Shown: positions 1-10,338 of the stretch, one piece after another | Layout: every line of letters begins with the position of its first letter | Position numbering within the stretch: the first letter of the stretch is position 1 | The notes under the pieces: generated by a model | Database searches by the model: none | Told to the model about the DNA's origin: nothing | The model's input: the letters and a program-made list of their open reading frames with translations, nothing else | Made by a program: the position numbers and the translations under genes | Origin: an uncultured Aliarcobacter sp. | GTDB lineage: Bacteria; Campylobacterota; Campylobacteria; Campylobacterales; Arcobacteraceae | Direction: 5' to 3' | DNA length: 64,000 nt | Assembly (NCBI GenBank): GCA_963664305.2 | Contig: CAXXLV010000001.1 | Coordinates: forward strand, 544,001 to 608,000

Positions 1-355
1 TTTCAACATTCAAAATACTTCTTAATTTATCAGCTTTCTCTTTTTTTATAAAAACAGACAGTCCAATATTTGAGGCAAAATATTCTAAAGCTCTTAAATT
101 TATACCCTTTAGCTTAAAACTTAGCTTTGATTGCCAATATTGTTTTAAAGCTTCAGTTGTTGGTGTTCTTCCACTACTAATATGTTCTTGTGCAAGATAG
201 CCCTCTTCACCTAACTTTTTAAAGTAACCTCTAATAGTCGCTGGTGAATAAGTAATATCATACATAGATTTTAATTGTGTTGAACCAATCGGCTCTAAAT
301 GTTCTATGTAAGCTTTAATAATAGATTGTAATAAAAACTCTTTTTTATCAATCAT
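1..355 (-). CDS. hrcA: Heat-inducible transcription repressor HrcA, 5' part (runs off window start)
   Basis: Manual minus-strand translation from ATG at 355: MIDKKEFLLQSIIKAYIEHLEPIGSTQLKSMYDITYSPATIRGYFKKLGEEGYLAQEHISSGRTPT, matching the HrcA winged-HTH (EPIGS, SPATIR, HxSSGRxPT). CIRCE-like site directly upstream. Not in ORF track. Confidence 0.92.
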   Translation of the reverse strand, partial: MIDKKEFLLQSIIKAYIEHLEPIGSTQLKSMYDITYSPATIRGYFKKLGEEGYLAQEHISSGRTPTTEALKQYWQSKLSFKLKGINLRALEYFASNIGLSVFIKKEKADKLRSILNVE

Positions 356-377
356 AAAAACAACCACTTTTAAATTT

Positions 378-404
378 TTAGCACTCTATATCTTAAACTG
401 CTAA
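378..404. promoter_or_regulatory. CIRCE-like operator (HrcA site)
   Basis: TTAGCACTC-N9-AACTGCTAA versus consensus TTAGCACTC-N9-GAGTGCTAA; lies between the -10 box and the hrcA start. Confidence 0.88.
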
Positions 405-407
405 AGA

Positions 408-437
408 ATTATAACCTATTGAGTCTTTTTTTGTCAA
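408..437 (-). promoter_or_regulatory. Sigma70 promoter of hrcA
   Basis: Minus strand TTGACA (437-432), 18-bp spacer, TATAAT (413-408). Confidence 0.75.
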
Positions 438-438
438 G
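418..438. promoter_or_regulatory. HAIR-like operator (putative HspR site)
   Basis: ATTGAGT-N7-TGTCAAG versus HAIR consensus CTTGAGT-N7-ACTCAAG; overlaps the -35 box and spacer. Confidence 0.6.
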
Positions 439-590
439 TATTTTTTATAAATTATTGTAAATTTATATAAAAAAATATTTTTATTAAACCATTTAGATAA
501 TTTTTAAATATTTAAATTAAAAAATTTGCAATTTTTATGTAATTTATATATAATTTATACATTATTTGTAAATCAATAGTTATATTTTGT

Positions 591-599
591 TGATATAAT
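591..599 (+). promoter_or_regulatory. Extended -10 promoter of TAXI operon
   Basis: TGATATAAT (TGnTATAAT) 40 bp upstream of ATG 640; SD AAGGAG at 626-631. Confidence 0.65.
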
Positions 600-639
600 C
601 ATTTACTTACAAAATAAAATAAATTAAGGAGACTAAATT

Positions 640-1599
640 ATGAAATTTAATGGTAAAAAAATAGCAGCAGCAACTTTAATTGGAATGTTATCTATTCCAG
701 CTTTTTCTGCAGAGTTCGTAACTATTGGAACAGGTGGAGTAACAGGAACTTATTATCCAACTGGTGGTGCTATTTGTAGATTAGTAAACCAATACAAAAA
801 AGAGACAAAACTTAGATGTTCTGTTGAATCAACTGGTGGTTCAGTTTATAATGTAAATACTATTAAAAATGGTGAATTAGATTTTGGTATTGTTCAATCT
901 GATATTGTTTATCAAGCAAGTAAAGGTGAAGGTGCTTTTGAAGGTGCTGCTATTCCAAAACTAAAATCTGTTATGGCAATCTACCCTGAATTACTTACTT
1001 TAGTTACAAGAAAAGATGCGAACATCAACTCTTTAATGGATGTAAAAGGGAAAAGAATTAACCTTGGAAATCCAGGAAGTGGAAATGAAGCAACTGCTTT
1101 AGCACTTTTTGAAGAGAGTGGAATTCAAAAAACTGATTTAAAATTTGCAGGTGCATTAAAAGCTTCTGAAATGCCAGATGCATTAAGAGATAACAAAATT
1201 GATGGATATTTTTATATGGTTGGACATCCAACTGCAAATATCAAAGATGCATCAAACTCAGTTGATGTAAAAATTACTCCAATTGAAGGTGCAAATGTTG
1301 ATTCTTTAATCAAAAAATATCCATATTTTGCAAAATCAAATGTTCCTGGTGGAATGTATAAAGGAAATGATGCTGACACTCCAACATTTGGTGTAAAAGC
1401 TGTATTAGTTACAAGTGATGATGTAAGTTCAAATGCAGTTTATGCGGTTGTTAAAGCTATTTTAGAAAACTTTGATGAATTCAAACAATTACACCCAGCT
1501 TATGCAAATATCACAAAAGAATCTTTATTAGATGGACTATCTGCTCCTTTACATGAAGGTGCTAAAAAATATTACCAAGAAATTGGTTTAATTAAATAA
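640..1599 (+). CDS. TAXI-family TRAP transporter solute-binding protein
   Basis: Signal peptide; TIGTGGVTGTYYPTGG, STGGSVYN and PLHEGAKKYY motifs typical of TAXI receptors. Confidence 0.93.
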   Translation: MKFNGKKIAAATLIGMLSIPAFSAEFVTIGTGGVTGTYYPTGGAICRLVNQYKKETKLRCSVESTGGSVYNVNTIKNGELDFGIVQSDIVYQASKGEGAFEGAAIPKLKSVMAIYPELLTLVTRKDANINSLMDVKGKRINLGNPGSGNEATALALFEESGIQKTDLKFAGALKASEMPDALRDNKIDGYFYMVGHPTANIKDASNSVDVKITPIEGANVDSLIKKYPYFAKSNVPGGMYKGNDADTPTFGVKAVLVTSDDVSSNAVYAVVKAILENFDEFKQLHPAYANITKESLLDGLSAPLHEGAKKYYQEIGLIK

Positions 1600-1603
1600 T
1601 TTT

Positions 1604-1668
1604 ACTAAGGAGTAAAACTCCTTAGTGCATCTTTTTATACTTCATTTAAAATTATTTGGATGAAGTAT
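1604..1668 (+). other. Two intercistronic stem-loops between TAXI receptor and permease
   Basis: ACTAAGGAG-taaaa-CTCCTTAGT (1604-1626) and ATACTTCAT...ATGAAGTAT (1637-1668). Confidence 0.65.
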
Positions 1669-1708
1669 GAGAACAACTATTTTATAACTACAAAAGGATA
1701 AAAAACCT

Positions 1709-3811
1709 ATGGCGATTTACGAAGAAAAACCCCATAAAATTTCCCAACTAGAAGTCGAAGAAGCTAATGAAACAGAAGCTAGACTAAATGAAATGGAAGG
1801 GCAAAGAGTATTTGGAAGAGAACATTATGAATTTTGGATAATTTCTATTATTGCTCTTGCTTGGTCACTATTTCAACTTTATATTGTAATAGAACCAACA
1901 AACTCAACTATTTCAAGATCTGTTCACTTATCATTTGCAATGGTACTTGCATTTTTAATTTATCCAATGATTAAAAAACCTTATTTTTTATTAAAAATTA
2001 GATGGTTTGGATATATGTTTGCAACGATTGGATTGGTAACTGCTGCTTATATTGCATTTTTTTACGAAGAGTTATCTTTAAGACCAGGTGATTACACAAC
2101 TTTAGATATTGTTATGGCAATTATTGCTGTACTTATTTTACTTGAAGCTGGAAGAAGAGTTCTAGGACTTGCTCTTAGTGTTATTGCGATTTTCTTTTTA
2201 GCTTACGATTTACTTGGACCTTATATGCCTGAGCTTATTGTTCATAAAGGTGCTAGTTTAAATAAACTTGCAGGTCACATGTATTTAACAACAGAAGGTA
2301 TTTTTGGTGTACCTCTTGGAGTATCTGCTGGATTTGTATTTTTATTTGTACTTTTTGGTTCTTTATTAGATAAAGCTGGAGCTGGAGAATATTTTATTAA
2401 TTTAGCTTTTTCAATGCTTGGAAAATATAGAGGAGGTCCAGCTAAAGCTGCTATTGTTGCTTCTGGATTTACAGGAATTATGAGTGGAAGTTCTATAGCA
2501 AATACTGTAACAACAGGAACATTTACTATTCCTCTTATGAAAAGAACAGGTTTTAGACCAGAACAAGCAGGAGCTGTAGAGGTTGCAGGTTCAACTATTG
2601 GACAATTAATGCCACCTATTATGGGAGCTGCTGCATTTATTATGGCTGAATTTTTGGGTATGGCATATACAGATGTTGTTATTAGTGCATTTATTCCTGC
2701 TTTTGTTTCTTATTTTGCTTTATTTTACATAGTTCATCTTGAAGCTTTAAAATTAGGATTAAAAGGTCTAAAAAAAGAGGATTTACCTGAAAAATTAAAA
2801 ACATTTTTACAAGGTATTCACTATTTAATTCCTATTTTCTTCCTATTATATACATTAGTTGTATTAAGAGAAAGTGCTGCAAGTGCTGCATTTAATGCAA
2901 TTATGCTTTTAATGATTCTTATGATTGTTCAACATCCATTTAGAGCTTTTGTTTCAAAACAAAAAATTACTAGAGATATTTGGCTTTCAGGTTTTGTTGA
3001 TATTTTAGCGGGAATGATTAGTGGTGCTAAAAACATGATTCCAATTGCAATTGCAACTGCATTAGCTGGAATTGTTGTTGGTTCAATTACACTTACAGGA
3101 TTAGGACAAGTTTTACTTGATGTTGTTGAAACTTTAGCAGATGGAAATATTTTTGCAATTTTATTACTTGCAGCATTAATTTCACTTATTTTAGGAATGG
3201 GTCTTCCAACAACAGCAAACTATATTGTTATGGCTTCATTAACTGCACCTGTTATTTTAACACTTGCTGCTGATAATGGATTCTTAATTCCTGCAATTGC
3301 AGCGCATCTATTTGTATTCTATTTTGGTATTTTAGCAGATGTTACACCACCTGTTGGACTTGCAGCTTATGCAGCAGCTGGTATTGCAAAAGCAGACCCT
3401 ATAAAAACTGGAATTATTGGATTTATGTATAATATTAGAACAGCAATTTTACCATTTATGTTCTTCTTCAATCCGGAATTATTATTGATTTCAGGTGTTG
3501 ATCCACTAAATCCAAGTGATCCTCATGGTTGGATTTGGATTACAAATCCAGTAGAAATTGCAGTTATTTTTACAACAGCATTTATTGGTATGATATCTTT
3601 CTCTTGTGCTATGATTGGTTACTTTGTAACTAAAACAACTATTGTTGAAAGATTATTGTTCTTAGTTCCTGTACCATTTATGTTCTTACCAAAAGTAATA
3701 GAGGCAAACTTACCTTTTGTTACAAACCATTATGTTTCATATCTAATTGGGATAGCGATACTTGTAGGATTATATTTTATTCAAAAATTGAGAGTAAAAG
3801 TAGAAGCTTAA
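1709..3811 (+). CDS. TRAP transporter fused 4TM/12TM permease (TAXI type)
   Basis: 700 aa polytopic protein with GGPAKAA, SGSSIAN, MPPIMGAAAF, LGMGLPTTANY and TPPV motifs. Confidence 0.93.
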   Translation: MAIYEEKPHKISQLEVEEANETEARLNEMEGQRVFGREHYEFWIISIIALAWSLFQLYIVIEPTNSTISRSVHLSFAMVLAFLIYPMIKKPYFLLKIRWFGYMFATIGLVTAAYIAFFYEELSLRPGDYTTLDIVMAIIAVLILLEAGRRVLGLALSVIAIFFLAYDLLGPYMPELIVHKGASLNKLAGHMYLTTEGIFGVPLGVSAGFVFLFVLFGSLLDKAGAGEYFINLAFSMLGKYRGGPAKAAIVASGFTGIMSGSSIANTVTTGTFTIPLMKRTGFRPEQAGAVEVAGSTIGQLMPPIMGAAAFIMAEFLGMAYTDVVISAFIPAFVSYFALFYIVHLEALKLGLKGLKKEDLPEKLKTFLQGIHYLIPIFFLLYTLVVLRESAASAAFNAIMLLMILMIVQHPFRAFVSKQKITRDIWLSGFVDILAGMISGAKNMIPIAIATALAGIVVGSITLTGLGQVLLDVVETLADGNIFAILLLAALISLILGMGLPTTANYIVMASLTAPVILTLAADNGFLIPAIAAHLFVFYFGILADVTPPVGLAAYAAAGIAKADPIKTGIIGFMYNIRTAILPFMFFFNPELLLISGVDPLNPSDPHGWIWITNPVEIAVIFTTAFIGMISFSCAMIGYFVTKTTIVERLLFLVPVPFMFLPKVIEANLPFVTNHYVSYLIGIAILVGLYFIQKLRVKVEA

Positions 3812-3816
3812 TTATA

Positions 3817-3848
3817 AAAAATAAAAGAGAAATTTCTCTTTTATTTTT
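3817..3848. terminator. Bidirectional intrinsic terminator
   Basis: 32-bp perfect palindrome AAAAATAAAAGAGAAATTTCTCTTTTATTTTT between convergent genes. Confidence 0.75.
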
Positions 3849-4566
3849 CTAATGTTTTTTCAATTATATATCCAAAACCTTTATGAGAAATTATAAAATC
3901 ATCATCTTTTATTTTATCTTTTAATCTTTTCATTACTGTTCTAAAAGAAGAATCATTTATTGTTACATCATTCCAAATCAATTCTTTAAATTTATCAACA
4001 GAAATTAATACACCAAGATTTTCTATAAGTATTTCTAGAACTTCTGACTCTTTTTTAGATAATTTTACAATTATTCCATTGTTATATAATTTGTTTGATT
4101 CTAAATCGAAAGTATAACTATTATTTAGTTTTAAAAGTTTATTTGCTTTTTTTTCTACTTTTGGTTGTTTATCTAAAAGAACTTCTTGTTTTGCTTTTTG
4201 AAGCATTTCCATCATATTATCAATATTTAAAGGTTTTACAAAATATCCACTAACTCTTAGATTAATTAGTTTTAATAAATCTTCTTCATTTTTATGAGCA
4301 CTTACAATTATAAATCTTTGATTTGGAATAAGTTTTAATATCTCATCAATCATTTGCATACCATTTACATTTGGCATGTTTAAATCTGTAATTATCAAAT
4401 CAAAATTCTCTTCATTGTCAAAACTTTTTTGAATAATCTCTAGTGCATCTGCGCCATCACAAGCAACCACTACTTCATCGAAAATCGTATTTAAATAAAA
4501 AGCTAATGTCTTTCTTGCTAATTCTTCATCTTCAACTAATAAAACTTTTGTTTTAAAATTTTGCAT
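3841..4566 (-). CDS. OmpR-family response regulator
   Basis: Receiver domain (LLVEDE, ITDLNMP, FVKP) plus winged-helix C-terminus (LSKKE, KRLKDK, KGFGY). Confidence 0.93.
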   Translation of the reverse strand: MQNFKTKVLLVEDEELARKTLAFYLNTIFDEVVVACDGADALEIIQKSFDNEENFDLIITDLNMPNVNGMQMIDEILKLIPNQRFIIVSAHKNEEDLLKLINLRVSGYFVKPLNIDNMMEMLQKAKQEVLLDKQPKVEKKANKLLKLNNSYTFDLESNKLYNNGIIVKLSKKESEVLEILIENLGVLISVDKFKELIWNDVTINDSSFRTVMKRLKDKIKDDDFIISHKGFGYIIEKTLEK

Positions 4567-4616
4567 TTTTTCTCTTTTAAATATTAATTTAATTATAAAT
4601 TATATCTAAAATGATT

Positions 4617-7142
4617 TTAAGCATTTAATTTTATTAAGAACTCTACTCCATCATCTTTATTTATTGCTTCGATTTTACCTCTCATATTCTTTTCTATAAT
4701 AACTTTTGTCATATAAAGTCCTATTCCAGTTCCCTGATTTTCAAACTTTGTAGTAAAATATGGTTCAAAAATCCTTTCAATGATATCTTCATTTATATTT
4801 CCACAATTATTAAAAATTGAAATAAATATATTTTCATTTTCCTTATAAATCTTTATTTCTATTTTTGCTTTAAATTTTGTAGTTTTATCTTTTATGATTT
4901 TTGCATCAATGGCATTATTTAAGATATTAACTATTACTTGTTCAAACTCATTTTCATAGTTTTCTATTTCAATATTTATTGCATCTATAACTAATTCTAT
5001 AGAATTTTTTTCTAAAGAAGATTTCACTATTTTTGAACTTTGAACAATAGAATCTTTTATATTAAATACTTTTTTCTCTTTTGATGGTTTATAAAAATTT
5101 CTAAAATCATCAATTGTTTGAGACATAAAATCTATTTGTAATTTTGCATTTTTTATTGTTTCATTTAATTCATCTTTTGAAATCAATCCATAAGAATCAC
5201 GTATATAATAAATTAAAAGATTTATATTATTAAGTGGTTGTCTCCATTGGTGAGCGATATTCCCAAGCATTTCACCCATAGAAGCCAATTTATTTTGTTG
5301 TACTAATAACCTATCTTTTTCAAGATTTTTTTCAAGTTCATTTTGAACTTTTAGTTTTAATTCCTCTTCATTCATTTTAAGTTTTGTTACATCATTTAAA
5401 TAACCATAAAAACCTATAACATTTGAGTAATCATCTTTTATTAAAATAGCTCTTGTATAAACCCATTTTATATTATTGTTTTTGTCTAAAACTCTATAAA
5501 TATAGTTAAAAGAATCACTATCCTCTTCAACTGCTTTTCTAATAACATCTTTTAATGGTTTAACATCATCTTTAAAAACAAAATCAAAAAAGTTGTTTTT
5601 ATTTTCAAAATCATTTACTTCATAACCATAACCATTAATACTTTTTGAAACAAACTTTACAGTTAAATTTTCATCATTTTCCCATCTAAAAACAACAATT
5701 CTTCCATATTCAGTTAATAATTCAACATCTCTTAACTCTTTAGTTAATTTAATTCTTTCATCAATATTCATTGACATCATTAAAATTCTATTTGAATTAA
5801 ACTCTTTTCCTCGCACTAAAATCCACTTAAAGTTATTCCATTTATCTTTTAATCTATATTCACAAATAAAGTGTTCACTTTGTTTATTTATATGCTTTTC
5901 AAATTCATTTAGAACTCTTTGTTTGTCATCTTCATGAATTAAATTTAACCACTCATCAAAAGTTTGAATATCATTTCTTTTATATCCAAACATTTCAAGC
6001 CATTTATTTGAAAAGAAAATTTTTTTTGTTTCTAAATCCATGTCCCATAATCCATCATTTGATGCAATAATGGCAAGTTCATATCTCTCTTTCCATTTTT
6101 TAAACAAAAAATTCTTTCTTTCTAATCTTTTGTTATATCTATTAAAAATCGTATTGATGAATTTCCCAAAAATATTAAAAGAGGTAATAAGTAATAAAGC
6201 AATAAAAGTAACCAAAAGATAAAAACCAATTAATTTAGTTTCATACTCTTCTTCTATTTTTCTTTTATCTTGATTATTCTCATTTGATTTTATAAATATT
6301 TTATATTGATATTTAGGAAATGTGTATGAAAAATCAGAAGAACTCTCTTCTTTAAATTTTTCTATATTATCAATATGTTCAATTTTTCCACTCATTTTAT
6401 AGTTAAAAACACTATTATCATGTACATCATAAAAGTAAAAATGTGAATTATTCAAAGTTTTACTTTTTGCAACTATTGAATCAAGAATTGCTTTTTTTGT
6501 AAGAACTTTCATATCATCAATCTTTGAATATGCACCAATATATATATTTAAAAAATCTATATATTTTATGTAACTTAATTGAATATTTCTTTTTTGATTA
6601 TCAATACTATACATAAGATTATTATCACCAATATATTCAATATTTCTTAACATATAATATTTGAATTTTGCTGTTCTATTTTCTGAGTTTGTTAGTTCAG
6701 TTAGACTATTTAAAAGTTTTTCACCATGTAATAATTTATAATTTATATTATCAAATAATAAAAAATTTATATTCTTTTCTTTTTCAATCTCTTTTAAATA
6801 TGGCTCTAAAAAACCCATATTAAAAGATTTTCCATCTTTTAAATTTGCTTTTATAAACCCTATAATTTCATAAATCGAGTTACTCAAATCATTTTCAATA
6901 TCATCAAAACTCACACTTGTGTTGTATTTAATACTTGAAATATAAGTTTTTAAAACATCATTTTTGTAAAAATTTTCATTTTGAATAAGTATGTTTATTC
7001 TATTCTTTTTTTCATATTCTAAAAATAAAAAAATAGAGATAAATGAGATAACAGAAAGAAACAAAACAAATATTAAAGGGGTATAAATTATCTTATTTTT
7101 TATATCTAAAAGTGTATAAAACTTCTTTTTTTTAAAAAACAT
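4617..7142 (-). CDS. Membrane PAS-domain sensor histidine kinase
   Basis: Two TM helices flanking a periplasmic domain, two PAS/PAC regions, H-box NIAHQWRQPL, N-box NILNNAIDA, IFEPYFTTK, GTGIGLY. Confidence 0.92.
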   Translation of the reverse strand: MFFKKKKFYTLLDIKNKIIYTPLIFVLFLSVISFISIFLFLEYEKKNRINILIQNENFYKNDVLKTYISSIKYNTSVSFDDIENDLSNSIYEIIGFIKANLKDGKSFNMGFLEPYLKEIEKEKNINFLLFDNINYKLLHGEKLLNSLTELTNSENRTAKFKYYMLRNIEYIGDNNLMYSIDNQKRNIQLSYIKYIDFLNIYIGAYSKIDDMKVLTKKAILDSIVAKSKTLNNSHFYFYDVHDNSVFNYKMSGKIEHIDNIEKFKEESSSDFSYTFPKYQYKIFIKSNENNQDKRKIEEEYETKLIGFYLLVTFIALLLITSFNIFGKFINTIFNRYNKRLERKNFLFKKWKERYELAIIASNDGLWDMDLETKKIFFSNKWLEMFGYKRNDIQTFDEWLNLIHEDDKQRVLNEFEKHINKQSEHFICEYRLKDKWNNFKWILVRGKEFNSNRILMMSMNIDERIKLTKELRDVELLTEYGRIVVFRWENDENLTVKFVSKSINGYGYEVNDFENKNNFFDFVFKDDVKPLKDVIRKAVEEDSDSFNYIYRVLDKNNNIKWVYTRAILIKDDYSNVIGFYGYLNDVTKLKMNEEELKLKVQNELEKNLEKDRLLVQQNKLASMGEMLGNIAHQWRQPLNNINLLIYYIRDSYGLISKDELNETIKNAKLQIDFMSQTIDDFRNFYKPSKEKKVFNIKDSIVQSSKIVKSSLEKNSIELVIDAINIEIENYENEFEQVIVNILNNAIDAKIIKDKTTKFKAKIEIKIYKENENIFISIFNNCGNINEDIIERIFEPYFTTKFENQGTGIGLYMTKVIIEKNMRGKIEAINKDDGVEFLIKLNA

Positions 7143-7150
7143 TTTTACCC

Positions 7151-7873
7151 TTAATATTTTATTTTTGCCAAATACAATCCATTTGCTTTAATTGGTGTTC
7201 TAAATATATTTTTTTCGCATCTTAACTGTTTTTTTAAATCTTCAATAGTTAATTTTTTATCATTAATTGCTAATAAAAATCCAACCATTAATCTAATTTG
7301 AGAACGTAAATAAGAGTTTGCAACAAATTTAAAAACATAAATATCTTTATGTTTATAAAAAGCCGTTTCAAATATTTCTCTTATTGTAACATCTTTATCA
7401 CTTCCTGTTTTATGAAAATATTTAAAATCATAAACACCTATAAACTCTTTTATTGCTTCTTTTAAAAGTTCTTCATCTACAGTTTTTACAAAAGTAATAA
7501 ATTTATCATTAAAAGGTGTTGTTGGTTTTGTTGTGATTAAATATCTATAAACTCTCTTTTTTGCATGAAATCTTGAATGAAAATCATCATTTACTTTTAT
7601 GATATGTCTAATTTGTATAGAACTAGGTAATCTTTTGTTTAAAATCTCTTGTAGTTTAAAAAAATCTGTCCAAAAATCTGGAATTATGCAGTTAAAAACT
7701 TGTCCTGTCGCATGAACTTCTTTATCAGTTCTACCACTTAAAACTATTGAAGTTTGTATATTTAAAGTTTTAAAAGCTTTAAGTAATTCATCTTCTATTG
7801 TATTTTTATTTGGTTGCTTCTGACTTCCTAAATAAAGGCTTCCATCATAAGCAACAGTAAATTTCAAATTCAT
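7151..7873 (-). CDS. truA: tRNA pseudouridine(38-40) synthase
   Basis: AYDGS, SGRTDKEVHA, FHSRF, YLRSQIR, GLYL motifs. Confidence 0.95.
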   Translation of the reverse strand: MNLKFTVAYDGSLYLGSQKQPNKNTIEDELLKAFKTLNIQTSIVLSGRTDKEVHATGQVFNCIIPDFWTDFFKLQEILNKRLPSSIQIRHIIKVNDDFHSRFHAKKRVYRYLITTKPTTPFNDKFITFVKTVDEELLKEAIKEFIGVYDFKYFHKTGSDKDVTIREIFETAFYKHKDIYVFKFVANSYLRSQIRLMVGFLLAINDKKLTIEDLKKQLRCEKNIFRTPIKANGLYLAKIKY

Positions 7874-7878
7874 AAAGT

Positions 7879-8895
7879 CTAATACTCTTTTTTAATCGTT
7901 TTTGAATATAAAATATATGTACCAATAATCCAAATAATTGGGATTATATATAATGCATGTAAAAGAATTTTATCTCCTATTGCTTTTATTAAAACATAAT
8001 AAGAAACAACAGCAACCAAAGAGTATAAAACTGCTCTATTTTTTTCGTATCTTGGATTAAAATATCCAAAAGTAATCACTAAAAATAAAGAAACTAAAGG
8101 AAAAACTGAAGTTAAGATATAAAATGTTAAATCATCAATATCAATATTCTTTTTGATATTATTTTTCCAATATTCATAGGTATTTGTAAAAATTCCTATT
8201 TTACTATCGGCGATTGAATCATTTATATACATTGATTCATAATCGATTTGATTAAACTCTTTTTCATCAATAATAAAAGCTTTCCCATTTAATAATTTGA
8301 AACTAAGACTTCCGTTGTCATTGTTTAAAATCGCTGTATCACTAACTATAAATTGGTCGTTTTTTTTATCAGTTTTAAATAGTTTTACATCTTCATAAAC
8401 TTTATCGTTTTTTCCACTAATATAAATAAGCCAATCTCCAAATTTTTGTCCAAATTCACTGGCTTTTATATTGAAGTTTGCCTCTTTTGTTTTTACATCT
8501 AAAAACTGTTTTGTTAAAAATTTAGTTTTTGGAATTAATCCAACTGAGATAATTAAAAGTAAAATTGATAAAAGAAGAGTTATTGGTAAAAAAACTTTTA
8601 GAATTTTTACAGGATTTAGTCCAAATGATGTAATAACTGTTAATTCATACTCACTTGCAAGTTTTGCTAAAGTAATAACCAATGAGATAAAAAAAGATAT
8701 TGGCATAGTATAAAATATAATTTGAGGAATTACATAAGCATATAGTTTAAATAATTCAAAAAAATCCATTGTAATTACAGATGTTAAAGAAGCGATTTTT
8801 ACTAAAAAAACGATTGAAGTAATAAAAAATAGTCCTAAAAATATAGGGAAAAATGTAACTGCTAATTGAGAATATAAGTATTGGTTTAATTTCAA
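7879..8895 (-). CDS. LptF/LptG-family LPS export permease
   Basis: 3 TM + periplasmic domain + 3 TM; LASEYELTVITSFG motif. Confidence 0.85.
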   Translation of the reverse strand: MKLNQYLYSQLAVTFFPIFLGLFFITSIVFLVKIASLTSVITMDFFELFKLYAYVIPQIIFYTMPISFFISLVITLAKLASEYELTVITSFGLNPVKILKVFLPITLLLSILLLIISVGLIPKTKFLTKQFLDVKTKEANFNIKASEFGQKFGDWLIYISGKNDKVYEDVKLFKTDKKNDQFIVSDTAILNNDNGSLSFKLLNGKAFIIDEKEFNQIDYESMYINDSIADSKIGIFTNTYEYWKNNIKKNIDIDDLTFYILTSVFPLVSLFLVITFGYFNPRYEKNRAVLYSLVAVVSYYVLIKAIGDKILLHALYIIPIIWIIGTYILYSKTIKKEY

Positions 8896-9665
8896 TAAAA
8901 GACCTTTATAAATGTTTCTAATTTAAAAAAATATTCAGTTAAAAAACCTAAAACTAAATAAGGAATAAATGGAGTTTGAATATCTTTTTTTACTAAATTT
9001 GAATAGATTGAAGGTATTATAGCAAAAAAAGCCCCTAAAAATATAGCTAATACTCCACCTGTTAATCCTAAAATCACTCCAATCATTGCAATAATAGGAA
9101 TATCCCCCTCACCTAAAGCCACTTGAGTTTTTAAACTTTCATCTTTTAAAAGTTTTGATTTTATATTTTGAATATAAAATGTAACTATAAAATTTAGTAA
9201 AACAACTGCTCCACTAAATAAAAAAGCATTTTTCAACGATTCCGTAAAAGACAAATCTGTAACAAAAAAAGATAAAACAAATGCAAGTAAAAGTAAATAA
9301 TCAGGAACTGCTTTATATTTAAAATCTATAAAAGATAATACTATTAGCACATATACCAATAAACTCATTAAAAGAAATTCTTTTGAAAGACCTAATTTTA
9401 AAAATATTAAAAGAGTTAAAACTGCACTAATTAACTCCACAGTAAAATATAAACTTGAAATTTTAGCTTTACAATAAGCACAATGTTTTTTTAAAAAAAG
9501 ATATGAAATAAGTGGAATATTGTGATACCAAAAAATTATGTGATTACAAGAGGGACATCTACTTCTATTTTTAGTAAATATTGTTTCATTAGTCGGAAGT
9601 TTTAATATTAAAACACTCAGAAATGAGCCAATACAAGCACCAAAAATAAAACTAAATACCTCCAA
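8892..9665 (-). CDS. Prepilin peptidase (A24 family); start probably TTG at 9665
   Basis: GACIGSFL, RSRCPSC and CAYC Zn-binding motifs, IDFKY, GEGD, PFIPYL. Confidence 0.88.
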   Translation of the reverse strand: MEVFSFIFGACIGSFLSVLILKLPTNETIFTKNRSRCPSCNHIIFWYHNIPLISYLFLKKHCAYCKAKISSLYFTVELISAVLTLLIFLKLGLSKEFLLMSLLVYVLIVLSFIDFKYKAVPDYLLLLAFVLSFFVTDLSFTESLKNAFLFSGAVVLLNFIVTFYIQNIKSKLLKDESLKTQVALGEGDIPIIAMIGVILGLTGGVLAIFLGAFFAIIPSIYSNLVKKDIQTPFIPYLVLGFLTEYFFKLETFIKVFY

Positions 9666-10338
9666 ATCTTCTCTCTCTTTTTGTAAAATCACTTAAAATA
9701 TCATCAAGTTCATTTACACTAAAGTCTGGCCAATATGTTTGCGTAAAAAACATTTCTGCATAAGCATTTTGCCACAATAAATAATTAGAAAGTCTAACTT
9801 CTCCACTTGTACGAATTAGAATATCAACATCACCAAAACCTGCTGTATCAAGACAAGATTCAATATTCTCTTCTGTTACTTCTAAATTTTGTTCATTTAA
9901 TTTTTTAACAGCTCTTACTATTTCATCTTTAGAGCCATAATTAAGTGCTAAAACTTGAGTTAAACCTGTACACGAAGAAGTTTTAGTTTCTGTATCTTTT
10001 ATAGTTTTTTGTAAACTTTTTGAAAATTTACTTAAATCTCCAATAGCTTTAAATCTAATATTGTTTTCAACATAAACAGTTAACTCTTTTTTTAAATATC
10101 TATCTAATAATTTCATTAAAAATTCAACTTCAAGCTTTGGCCTTTGCCAGTTTTCTGTTGAAAATGCATATAAAGTGAGATACTTTACTCCTATTTCTGA
10201 ACAATATTGAGTAATTTCCCGAACTGTTTTAGCACCTTCTTCATGACCAGCAGTTCGATTAAGACCTCTATCTTTTGCCCATCTTCCATTTCCATCCATA
10301 ATAATTGCTATATGTGAAGGAATATTTATATCACTCAT
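9652..10338 (-). CDS. uppS: Undecaprenyl diphosphate synthase
   Basis: HIAIIMDGNGRWA, FSTENW, IRTSGEVRLSNYLLWQ. Confidence 0.96.
   Translation of the reverse strand: MSDINIPSHIAIIMDGNGRWAKDRGLNRTAGHEEGAKTVREITQYCSEIGVKYLTLYAFSTENWQRPKLEVEFLMKLLDRYLKKELTVYVENNIRFKAIGDLSKFSKSLQKTIKDTETKTSSCTGLTQVLALNYGSKDEIVRAVKKLNEQNLEVTEENIESCLDTAGFGDVDILIRTSGEVRLSNYLLWQNAYAEMFFTQTYWPDFSVNELDDILSDFTKRERRFGGI

Noticed and set aside
450..570. TGTAA(A)TTTATATA repeats upstream of the TAXI gene as an operator
   Set aside because: Almost pure A/T sequence; cannot be distinguished from background by eye.
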